Shown: one piece after another, positions 25,289-36,800 of the stretch | Layout of the letters: the number at the start of each line of letters is the position of its first letter | Position numbering within the stretch: the first letter of the stretch is position 1 | DNA from: Azolla caroliniana | Lineage: Eukaryota > Plantae > Polypodiophyta | Length of the DNA stretch: 64,000 nucleotides | NCBI GenBank assembly: GCA_043228905.1 | Contig: JBHGNT010000010.1 | Span: 19,282,001-19,346,000, forward strand | Direction of reading: 5' to 3' | Notes under the pieces: generated by a model | The model's input: only the letters and a program-made list of their open reading frames with translations | Told to the model about the DNA's origin: nothing | The model's database searches: none | Position numbers and translations under genes: made by a program

Positions 25289-25673
25289 TTTTCAGGTGTA
25301 CTCTATTTCCAACTCCGTACCGGGAATCAAGTTCTTCTTGCGGTGTTATGTTTGGCAGATTGTTTCCTCTTTGGCCCTATGGGTTTTGTGGAAAGCGAGA
25401 TGTTCCAAACTATACAACGATGAACAAATTCATGTTGTGGATCAGGTTAAGACCTTTTGGGAATTACTCATACATACAATAAAAGGTGAGTATGATAGTT
25501 ATAAGGGTGATGGAAATAAAACTAACCGGAAAAGAAGAAGAATTCGTAGAGTCTGGGCAGTTATTCCTATTTTGTTGGATGTAGGTGATGATGTAAAGTG
25601 GAATTACGTTCCACCTCGTTGGTTGTTTCTGCCACCAACACTGTTCTTAGTGTATACAACGTGGCAAGGATGA
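25289..25673 (+). mobile_element. L1-type LINE ORF2 C-terminal fragment
   Basis: WQIVSSLALWVLWKARCSKLY...FWELLIHTIKGEYDSYKG...WNYVPPRWLF, homologous to the C-termini of the LINEs at 20681 and 48563. Confidence 0.75.
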
Positions 25674-26860
25674 GAGAGGATGTTGTTGAGGGTTGAAGCA
25701 AAATTTCATGAGGACAGTTCATTCATTTTGTTTGTTGTCTATACATGAACTTGGTGAAAATGGCGAGAGGGTTGCTATGGAATTTTTTGAGGCAGATTTA
25801 GAACGATGAATGAAGATGGGTACGGAGGCAAATACAAATTTTCATGATGGTCTGAGGAGTGTATATATATAGGAAAGTGTTGAAAGTGGAGAGGATTTTG
25901 ATGCAAAATGGCTAGTTGTTTTGATGTGGAAGTTTTTTTTGAAGCAAACTTATTTATTATCAATTTTTAGAATGATGAGTGAAGATGGTGGCGGAGGCAG
26001 AAGCAAGGTTTCATGAGGGTTTGAGGAGAGTGGATTCATTCTGGTCTTCTTTTTGTAGGTACAGAACTCGGGTGATGAATGGCAAGATGGTTGTAGTGGA
26101 AAATGAAGCTGATTTATTTGAAAGGATGAGTGAACATGCTGGTAGAGGTCGAAGCAAGGTTTCATGAGGGTTTGAGGAGAATGGATTCATTCTGGTTTTT
26201 GTAGGTACAGGACTCGGGAGATGAATGGCAAGATGGTTGTAGTGGAAAATGAAGCTAATTTAATTTTGGAAGGATGAGTGAAGATGGTGGTGGAGGTAGA
26301 AGCAAGGTTTCATGAGGGTTTTAGGAGAGTGGATTCATTCTATGTTTTTTGTAGGTATAGGACTCGGGTGATGAATGGCAATAGGATCTTGATGCAAAAT
26401 GGAGAGATAGTTGATGTGGAAGTCTTTGAAGCAGTCTTATTTACTTTCAGTTTTTAGAATGATGAGTGAAGATGGTGGCAAAGGTAGAAGCAAGGTTTTA
26501 TGAGGCTGAGGAGAGTGGATTAATTATGTTTTGTGTATGTACAGGAAATTGCTGAAAATAGACAGATTCACGACTCGAGCAATAACTGGCAAGATGGATG
26601 TTGTGGAAAAGGAAGCTGATTTATTTTTGAAAGGATGAGTGAGGATGTTGTCGAGGGTTGAAGCAAAATGTCATGAGTGGATGAGGACAACTAATTTTTT
26701 CTTTGTTGTCTATACAGGAATTTCATGGAAAATGGAGAGATGGGTGATGTGGAAATATTTTGAAGCACATTTATTTGTTTTTAGTTTACACAACGATGAG
26801 AGAAGATGGTGGCGGAGGCAGAAGCAAATTTTCATGAGGATCTTAGGGGAGTGGATTGAG
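25670..26860. repeat. Degenerate tandem repeat, ~150-185 bp units, ~7 copies
   Basis: The anchor gatgagtgaagatggtggcggaggcagaagcaaggtttcatgagggtttgaggagagtggattcatt recurs through the block. Confidence 0.85.
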
Positions 26861-26869
26861 TAGAGAACC

Positions 26870-27218
26870 AATATTTTCATATGGTAGGCTCATCTGGATC
26901 ATTTGGATATGATGAAATCTTACATGTAGCAGCGATCAAGGAATCATTGTGAAAGAAGATATATCACTACATGTTGAATACGATGGAATTGATGCTAGCG
27001 GCTTTGGCATGGCATCAACATTACTTGGTGATATGGACGCTGGTAGGGCAACAATATTACTTTGGGAGAAGTTCACCGATATTATCTTGTATCTTGCCTT
27101 TATCTTTATCTAGAAAGATTGGCTACACATTATTCATTGCAATTTTGGATTATTTTGTATCTTGCCTTTGGCTACTTTAATCTTAATACTAATGGAGGAT
27201 AATTTTTATAGAAAAAAT
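26870..27218 (+). mobile_element. Short LINE 3'-end remnant
   Basis: It ends in actaatggaggataatttttatagaaaaaa, resembling the tail actaatggaagga(t)nggaaaaaaaa of the LINE at 20681-22160. Confidence 0.35.
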
Positions 27219-27899
27219 ATCCAATTGATGATTCGTTTACGTAGCTAGATAAATTAATCCACATATATTACAACAATTGCATGAGATATTGTGCATGACT
27301 GGCAATATAGAATACAATTTCATTCCCCATCAGATATATATGGACAAGTGTCAAGAACCATCCTCAACATTGGCTAAAGGATTGTAGAAAGGATTCACTT
27401 GGTTTGTACATCTTGGCACAAGGTCAATATCACACCGGTTGCCCTGTTTTACATTAGTATTATTATAGACACACGGAACTTCCAAAGGTTACTACATCGT
27501 CAAAAAGAAAGCATTAAATTCAAACAATATGACTTCTAAATCCTACCCCTTCATGAATTAAGCTCGCAAGAAATACACAACGATCTTGAACAAAAGCTGA
27601 ATCAGGAAAGGTTGCATTTTCACTGGCTACAACTTGAGACAATTCTTTTGCTAGACCCTGTTATTCCAGCACATATAAGATCCTTCAGCAAATATAGGAA
27701 TATCAGCCATCATTTACTTGGCCAATGGTCACGTTTGGTGATATTTCTCCATATTTCTCCTATGGGTTTTGTAAATGTTCTATCTTTCTATTTCTCCAAA
27801 CTCACGCTTTTCTTAACATACTACCCTCTATATAATAAGCTCTCGCTGAAGATTTATGAATGTTTGCATTACTTTAGTTCATAATGAGAGAGATTGGGA

Positions 27900-28717
27900 A
27901 ATACTCACGAAGTCACAGATTCAGATTCGACTGCCAATGTTGCATATATTCTTGTTGGTATCCATGGCCCTCGTCTTCCCACACTGCATATCCATGGCTT
28001 CTTACGAATACCGTCACCCTAAACCCTAAATCCAAAAGATAACCAATCTAGTCATGAATAGTATATTAGCTTAAAGATGATTGATTCAATGAAGAAGTTT
28101 AAAAATTATAAACCAAGAAGCAAAACTATGTGCATGTTACAATCTTTTCTGTATATACCAATATACTTGCATAATCCATACAAAAACACCGAGACAATTG
28201 CCTCTTAAAAATGAAGCATATAAAAGATACCCTAACAGAAGGCCAATTACAACAACTGGCCAAAGTACATGGGCTGAAATATCATCAGTTGTACTGTAAA
28301 ATTATTATTCTACAATAGTCTAGCATGATAAAGTGTTATCCAATTGCTTGTTGAAAGTCTTCATCTTCACTTTCATCATCTCTGGGATCATCAATATCAT
28401 ACTCTCCATTACCCTCAAATTCATTGTGGTCATGATCTGCAATGGACTTTCTTAAGGGAATCAGATCATTTGTTATTTGAATCTCATTATAGTGAAAAGA
28501 GAAAAATGAGAGCAATAATCTCATCAAATAACATAAGCCAAATTTAATAACACTTAAATGTTAGAAAACTTCATTATACAATATTACTAAATTATATGAT
28601 TCATTTATCTTGTCAAACCTTACTAACCACAAAGCTACAATGGTACTAGGCTGATTCTCAGAGTTCGCATATTGATACCATTTGCTAATAACTAAAGACT
28701 GTTAAATGGACACGTAT

Positions 28718-28749
<32 letters not shown>

Positions 28750-29070
28750 CAAAGAGAAAGAGAGAGTATGAGAGTATGTGTGTGAGAGAGTGATTACCTT
28801 GTCTTGACCTCATCCTCCTCTTGTGCTACAAGAGCCTCATCACATAATGTCGATGCCCATTGTGAATGATGCTACAAACTAGCAGGCTTTAGAGTTGGAA
28901 ACACGAGAGGAAGCCCACAAGAGAGAGGAAGCCCAACTTCTGAGAGCTTTTTTTGGCGTGCGTTCTTTCTTATCCAAATCTGATGGTGCATATCGCACAC
29001 GCCTTCCTCTGAGCGACCTGCACCGTCTATGGCCGCGATTCCCTCGCCAACCCTCTTTATGATTTGTGTC
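27900..29070 (-). pseudogene. Degenerate multi-exon ORF, possibly the second ORF of the CACTA element
   Basis: An exon-like segment IIKRVGEGIAAIDGAGRSEEGVCDMHHQIWIRKNARQKKLSEVG...EEDEVKT ends at an AAG|GTAATC donor (~28797), and an acidic segment lies at 28336-28490. It sits downstream of the minus-strand CACTA transposase. A paralogous segment is at 19885-20025 (+). Confidence 0.35.
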
Positions 29071-29339
29071 ATAATAGACATGTCACATATATATGAATAC
29101 ACTCATACAAACATTCATTCACACACACATACAGGTATTCAAAAATCATTCATACACATGCTTGAATGCGTACATAAATTTATTCATCCACAAATGTGTG
29201 TGTGTGCATTTGCGTGTGTGTATACACGCACACACGCACATACACATGCATATGTATACATATATACATATTGATATATTTTCAAGGTAAACATGGAGCA
29301 TTTTGTCAATTTACGAACAACCATTCCAACAATTCAAGG

Positions 29340-29890
29340 TAAATCGAATGAGGGCGTTGGGGCTTTTGAATGAAGAGCATAAGACGAGATAGAGTTCCTA
29401 CAAACTATCAAGTATGAGGAGCTCCAAAAATGTGTGGTCATTGTAAGTAAGCATACTTAATTTTTAGTGTTATCATTCATGACACCACCAACACACACAT
29501 CACTAACACAAACACCTATTCTTCTACATCCACTAGCACCATGACCAACAACGCCTATAGATGCGACAAGAAATTGAACAAGAGAATTGGGGCTTTCAAA
29601 TGAGGAGCGTAACAAGGAGATGGAGTTCTCACAAACTCTCGATTATGGGGAGCTCAAAACATGTGGTGCAAATAAGCATATTTTACTAAATTTGAATGCC
29701 AACATCCTACACAAGTGCACCAACACAAACGCATGTACCCGGACATCCACCAACACCATCACCAACAAGAGTTGCGGGCATGACAAGAAATCTAATGAGA
29801 GCATTGGGACTTACAAATGAGGAGTGTAAAGAAGAGATAGAGTTATACAAACACTTTATTAGTATGAGGAGCTCTAAAAATGTGTAAGTC
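29340..29890. repeat. Three degenerate ~220-230 bp tandem copies
   Basis: ttggggcttt..aatgaggag..taa..aggagatagagtt...atgaggagctc.aaaaatgtgt recurs at about 29357, 29587 and 29803. Confidence 0.75.
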
Positions 29891-31019
29891 AATTACAAAT
29901 AAGTGTACATCAATTGTTGTGATCCATAATAACACTGACACGTGCATTGAACCAACATATCACCAACTACATGAACACTCGTCGGCGCAGTCAGTGTCTC
30001 GCAAGATCTCAACATTTTCAAATACACAATATTGGTAAACCATGAACTACAATTTACAAATTCTCGCTATGTGCATTGTTTATCACAATTTTTGTTTGCA
30101 TTGGGGTGTTTTAATTAATTACAAATTATATTACATGTTTAATAAAAAGGTGCGTGAGTTTAATCATAATACCATTAGATAGAATCGGTTGGACAAGGTT
30201 TTTTTATTTCCATTAGATAGAAGTTTAGAACAGTGAAAGGTTTTCTTATTTCCATATTTTAGTTATATTATAGATAACATTTACTATAATTTCACGATTT
30301 TTCTTGATTGGGTAGGATATACCAAGGGCATCCCAAAAGTTGTAATCAAGTGACGTCTGGCATGATCTCAAATGTTCATGCATGTGGATAAACTAATAAA
30401 GAGTGAGTTCAATCTCAAAATGACACACTATCAATTTCTAAATGAACATGTGTTGGTTCTTTGGGAATCCAATGTGAGGTTGATGAGAACATTGACATTA
30501 TTCATCTAGGATGGAGGGTGATGTTGAAAAAGAGGTTAAATGATCTCATGGAGTCATATCTCCTCAAATGGAGACCCATCAAAAGTAAGTGTACAAGCTT
30601 GTGATATGATATTAATGTTACAATATTAGGCCTATGATTAACACATGTATACTCTTTAATAATGGAAGGATAAAGACAAAAGACAACGAAGTTCATGATT
30701 GAGTGTTTATAAAGAAATTTCGGGCGAAGGTGTTGGATAAAGATGGCCTTAAAGGAGATCTCAACTCCCTTTTGCAGTACATGCAAGATTGTGTAAGGTA
30801 GAATCCATGCTTTTAGCTCTCATTATAATTAAGTTTTAGACACTTAATAGTTAGTTTATTAACAATATACCATTTAGTAACTATTATGTAAATGACTCTT
30901 AGTGGAATCAACCCCCTAAAACCAATTTTTTGTTACTTTCTTCTAGAGACCCTCCTTTCCCACTCTCCCAATTGTAGTTTATGTAATATCCAAATATTAT
31001 AATGTAAACTTTTGAATTT

Positions 31020-31645
31020 GAAATACACATGCAAGTTCCATTCTTTAAATCATATGATAGCCCCTCTCATGCACTCAAAGTTAACAATGGTCGCTTCATC
31101 TGTGAAACTCATGCATTCAAAGTTATATATAATAAACATTCGAAACTACATCCTTTTGCCACAAAGCACATCCTCGGACATTGTGTCTTCTTCGTTGCAT
31201 CTCCACATTGTAAGTTGTGTGGCTTCATTCCACATTTGAAAAATAGTCAAAGAGGTAGTGCACACATTGATCTTAAACATGTTTCCATCCATCCCTTCAC
31301 CATGGATCCTTATGGCCAAGAGCTTTGACAAACTAATCACTTCAATAAGCACATACCCAAAACATCCAACAAGTGTTACTACACCTACAAGTTCAACCTT
31401 ATCAATGAGGTTAATCGAAACATGCACTTGAATTATATCAAAGAAATACATAACTGACAATTCTTTCTCAATTGGGCACAAGTTCAACAACTTCCCTCTC
31501 CCTTAACAATATATTTCACATGTCAATATTTCCTTTGATGGAAATCCATGGTATTTATAATGGTCCTAAGTGAGATATGGTATCTCACATTGCGGGTGTT
31601 AAACAATTGCTATGATTAACAGTAGCACATGTTTGTTGAACATAT
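31020..31645 (-). mobile_element. Decayed CACTA (En/Spm) transposase fragment (DUF4218-like region)
   Basis: The minus strand reads NCLTPAM*DTISHLG...LCPIEKELSVMYFFDIIQVHVSINLIDKVELVGVV...EG. This resembles the CACTA motif LCxLEKxFPPSFFDIxVHLxxHLVxEVxLxGxV...PEG. Confidence 0.65.
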
Positions 31646-32291
31646 AAAATCATTGCATGTTAGCACAATTCTAATATTATCACAAAACTAAAGAAATATC
31701 AAGGTCAAGAGACATTTACCTTACTAAAATTATGCCAATCATTTTGTTTTCATCTTGACAATGTTGTGTCGTCTATCATAAGAATGTTGATATGCAATGA
31801 ATGCAGCATGGTGTCCTACCATTTAATTGAGATATTTCCTCCTATGTCAAAATTGGAGGATCCAAAGGGAATTGGATACATGTATCAAGCCCGGCCATAA
31901 GTTTGGTTTTGAATGAAACCCCTCTAAAGATGCTCTTGACATAGGAGCATCTTTAAGACCCGAAAGATGTTTCCAAAGGGATTGCTCTACATTCTTAAAT
32001 ATATGCTTAGTATCTAGTAAATAACATATCTTTTAATCCTTCCCCTCTGTTGTTTGATGTACGTTTATGATCATCCTGAAGTACAAGCTAGCAATGGAAT
32101 ATCATGTTTCCGAATGTTGGATGGCCTCTTCGCTCGTAGAAGAGGCTCATGGGATCAACTAATTATACAATCACTAGCTCATTAGAAATACGTTGTGAAA
32201 CATGATTATACGCGAATATTCGGCCTCATAGCCCATCGAACCAAATCAACATAGAATTGTGTCGAGGGACATTGGTAACCAACCATTAAGA

Positions 32292-32313
32292 GGGGGGGGG
32301 GGGGGGGGGGGGG
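32292..32313. repeat. Poly-G run (22 nt)
   Basis: Uninterrupted G tract. Confidence 0.95.
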
Positions 32314-32369
32314 TGTACAACATACATTATTGTTCATAGATCACGTACATACATTCCCTCCACATCATG

Positions 32370-32620
32370 TGTCATGTAGAATGAAGTTCTCCATTAATCC
32401 ATTTGACGGCTCAAATTACTCTGACATGAAGACCAAAGGGTTAATAATGGGAAATCTCTCATGTACATGAAGTTCTCCATTAAATCCATTTGACATTTCA
32501 AATATAACTTTGACATGAAGACCAAAGGGTTGATAATGGGAATCTGTCATGTAGATGGAGTTCTCTCCATTAATCCATTTGACGGCTCAAATAACTTTGA
32601 TGTGAAGACCAAAGGCTGAA
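32370..32620. repeat. Tandem repeat, ~88-90 bp unit, 3 copies
   Basis: tcatgta...gaagttctccattaatccatttgacggctcaaat..ctttgacatgaagaccaaagg is present three times. Confidence 0.88.
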
Positions 32621-33145
32621 CAATTGGATGTGTCCCATTGAATTTAAATGGATTTTTTTATCAAATTCAATGTGATTAGAGAATTTTGGGACACATGATG
32701 AAAATGTATATACCGAAAGACCTCTGATATTACTGTCATGAACCCACACTTTCAATCTCATGTCTAGTTATATATAAGTTGAGGCACAAAGGTTTGAGAG
32801 CTGCTATTAATCCAGGGTTGAGGACTTCTCAAGCAGAATTAAGGATATGCATTATGCCGAATCAGCCCCAATAATGTAGTCGATCCATACATTCCATCCA
32901 ATCAATCTTTGTGGTTTGATATTCTCTGAATCAATCTTTAATCCGGGTTATATAGCCTAAACAAGGCTGCTAGATACAATAAGATGAGAGCATTAGGAAA
33001 TATATATATCTATATATGGTACAGGCTAGAATCAGTGCCTGCATGACCCTTACACTCAGCAGGCAAGATAAATATGCAACCATACACTTGTTCAATGAAA
33101 TCGCAGGAGACTGGTCATGTAACTGTTTTCGTACCGACAAATTCC

Positions 33146-33399
33146 AGTCTAATTCATTGCCAATGTAGATCCTTGGAGATTTAAGTCTAATTCATAGACA
33201 ATGTAGATCCTTGGAGATCATAGTCTAATTCATTACCGATGTATATCATTGAAGATCAGAGTCTAATTCATAGCCAATGTAGATCCATGGAGAGTTTAGT
33301 CTAATTCATTGGCAATGTAGATCCATGGAGATCCTGGTGTAATTCATTGCCAATGTAGATCCTTGGAGATCCTAGTCTAATTCATTGCCAATGTAGATC
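33146..33399. repeat. 38-bp tandem repeat, ~7 copies, downstream of the GARP gene stop
   Basis: agtctaattcattgccaatgtagatccttggagatcct occurs at 33146, 33184, 33222, 33260, 33298, 33336 and 33374. Confidence 0.93.
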
Positions 33400-33593
33400 A
33401 AGTGCATTTTTATCCCATCACTGGTTACGGATTCATATGATGCCTTTCGCATGTTGTATATGGTTGAAGCTTGATTCATTAGTTCCAAACTAAGAGGTTA
33501 ATCAACCAGCTTGGTTCTAATCATAGAGATAGTAGTTAATATAATTAAGGGATCAACAATGTGCCCCAAAATTATATGAACCGATTGATTTGG

Positions 33594-33630
<37 letters not shown>
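33594..33630. repeat. (TAA)n microsatellite
   Basis: About 12 units. Confidence 0.9.
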
Positions 33631-33632
<2 letters not shown>

Positions 33633-33871
33633 TGGCTATAATTATAAGAGCTCAAATTATGTAAGGACTAATTTTGTTGAATGGCGTATTAACTTCTGTC
33701 CAACCAAGAGATATATATATATATATATATTGAGCACATATAATTATGATTTATATATATTAATATAACGGATTAATTGATCCATTGTTTATATAAAGGA
33801 GCCAAGAAAAGAAACCGACAATACTGAAATCAATTATCTGGTAGTGTGGATAAGAATATAATTAGCACTAG

Positions 33872-36800
33872 TTATAATGAGATCTTCAGATCCAGACAAT
33901 TATAATTAGCTCTTGAATTCTTATCACTGAGATGATCATGAGCTACGCTGATTGCATTACTATTATCATTATCAATTATTTCTGGAAGCTTGAGGGATAA
34001 GGAGAGTAATTTAGCGGTAGCATTATCTGCAGATTTATTATCAGTAGTAGTAGTAGGAGCAGTATTTGTTGTAGTAGTAGTGGTGGTAGGGAGAAGTTGC
34101 AGTATTCTTTGCTCCTCCACATCTTTCGAATTTATTATATCCGCATTAGAATTATTACTCAGAGCAGCTGCAGGCTCATTAGACGATGAAGAATAGGAAT
34201 TAGATGTCTGCAAATTTAGCTTCAGGCCGTCGTCACGCCCAGCTGGTCTTATGTAAGAAGCAGAAGGATAATTACTGGAGGCAGTTTCTGTTAACCCAAT
34301 CATCTGCTGCTTCACTGCTTGATGATCCTCAACATTCCCACCGTTATTGCTCGTGATCTTCCCCTGCAGCAGAGCAAAAACACCCATTGATTAGTGAGTA
34401 ACATAATTAATCCTTTAATCCGTTATTTAATCCTGCATTCTCATCTCTATAATCATTGGATTATCTCAGATCGTGGGATATGGATTAGGGATAAATACAA
34501 ACAGAGGCGCCTGCATAGTGATTAAGGCAACTATATATATAGTCAGGAAACTTCGTTCCAAAATCAATGGGTTAAATCGTAAGAAAATTGTAGCTATACC
34601 TGTGGGGAGATATGTCCGAGGAGGCCATGGCAGCCGACCATATTATTCACAGACACAGGAAAATCATCATTGTCATTATTACTCTTCTGATGAGGATGAC
34701 GATCCACTGCTTTATCCACCGCTAAATTTAGCTGCGCGCTGATTATCGCTGCAGAACCGCCGCAATTATTATGATCAGAATTCGGCCTTTTGCGGGATTG
34801 ATTATGAAAAGGGCTGTCATTACTGTGACCGTTCATCTCCTGGATGGATCTCTTGCGCCGTCCCCCAGATCCATCTTGCTCCTCCAGGCTAACCCTAAAT
34901 TGGCTGTTACTGGTACCATTACTCTGCGGATTACGATTCCTCTCATTAATCTGATCACCATTATAATCACTGCAAGTGTTGCTGCGATCAGGGAACAATT
35001 GCTTCGTCGATAACGTAATGGATCCGTCAGTACTGAAGCGATGATCGATGGCAGTTTTATTGTCGTCTTTCAATCCAATTGTGGGGGTCGTAACTGCCGG
35101 CCTGCGCCAATATAAAATCAGTCACAGCGCGATCAAATTAGAGGGACCGGCATTAAATGACTGTTTCTGTGTAATAGAATTAAAAATAAACTCCCGATCG
35201 AGAGTTCTGGTCGATATAAAAAATGAATTGATTCAAACAACACACGCACGAGCCGTATATCTAAATATATATATATATATAATTAATTAAGAGCCCAAAA
35301 GAAAATAAAAAAAGGCATCGATCCAATGACCTTATATTCGTGTACAATTAAATAGTGACGATCAAATATGTTCATATATGAAATACAATTCCTGTACAGA
35401 ATAGCGTTTTTTTCTGCATTCGATGCATTTAATTAACTGTACTTCTTCTTCTATATGAGTTATATACAGTACAAATTATTTAAAGGCGTAGTAGAGATAA
35501 AAATAATTTAAGGTTGAGCCCAAATTTTGTATTTATAATTAATGGTGTATTGGATAGAAATGCCTGTACTATGTTCAGTGTGGACAGGTAAATCAAGCCA
35601 AACAACCTATTGTCGATTTGTCAGACAGGATTTATGGGCCCTGTCTCTGCATCAAACACCATAGCTTTTCCTTGACTAGACATCATCGCAATTATATTGT
35701 CGTTCATGTTTTTCGATTACTATTATTATTATGGCAGAAAAAACAGTTTGTGTTTGTCCAATTCGCAAACACAGCAAGAACGGAAAAGTATTTAGCGATT
35801 AATTCGTCATATTATTTAATCAATTAAATAACAGTCTTAGGTAAATGAGGAAAATCAGCTAATCTGCAGACAGAAACGAAACCAATTTCGCATTAGGTTT
35901 CTCACAATCTGGGCCATCTTAATTAATCGATAAATTAATTAGGTAAACGAGAGGAAAATCAGCTAATCTGCAGACAGAAACGAAAGCAATTTCACTCTTA
36001 AGTTTCTCACAATCTGGGCTTGGGGGACATATAAATGAAATGAAAATTTAAGAAGCAAACAGACAGATAAGTAAGATAATCGACCCTATAAGTATTGTTC
36101 CAACAATCACAGACAATGGATTTTGTCAATTAATTGAGCAGCAGATAGGAGTTAATAACTGATTTGTTGCAGTTTATAACAATAAAATAGCCGCTCTTAT
36201 TTGATGAATACCAGCTGACCTTTTTCAACTATGTAATTGCAAAAAACACACGAAAACAAACACGATGCCATTCAGAGTGGAAACACAGAAGAATTCTTGC
36301 TGGAATCAAACAAAACAAATGGCAAAAATTATAAACCCAATTTACAAAGCAAAAGCAGAATATCTGTAACGGCTTTCTTCTTACCCTAAAGAGAGATCCG
36401 GAGCAGACGTTTTTGAGGGAAAATTGCGTTGATGATCAGAACGAACCACATTATTATTACTATGTTGCTGCTGCTGTTGATGATTTCCATTGCTATTAAA
36501 ACCATTGCGATTACTGTCGGTGGTTGTCATGCTATGAATATTGGTACTATTAGTATTGTTGTGGCGGAGATTTAATCGATAGCTATTTGTACAGGAATTA
36601 ACGTTCCCGTCCATGCAATTAGGATCAGAGAATTTTGTTGAATTACTCAAATGCATTCCAAGTCGAATTATATTATTATTATTAGGGTTAGCAGTATTAT
36701 TAAACTCGGCAATCTGATGTTGATTAAAACCTGTCATCTGGGAGGACAGCGATGGCGTAGTAACAGAGCTCTTATTCTTATTCAGGTTAACGTTTTCTGC

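Noticed and set aside
28016-28030. Telomere-type CCCTAAA/TTTAGGG motifs (also near 20495)
   Set aside because: Only one or two units, not an interstitial telomere array.
33146-33399. 38-bp regularly spaced repeat (also the arrays at 16530 and 22311) as a CRISPR-like array
   Set aside because: The units are head to tail with no unique spacers, there are no cas genes, and the context is eukaryotic. These are ordinary minisatellites.
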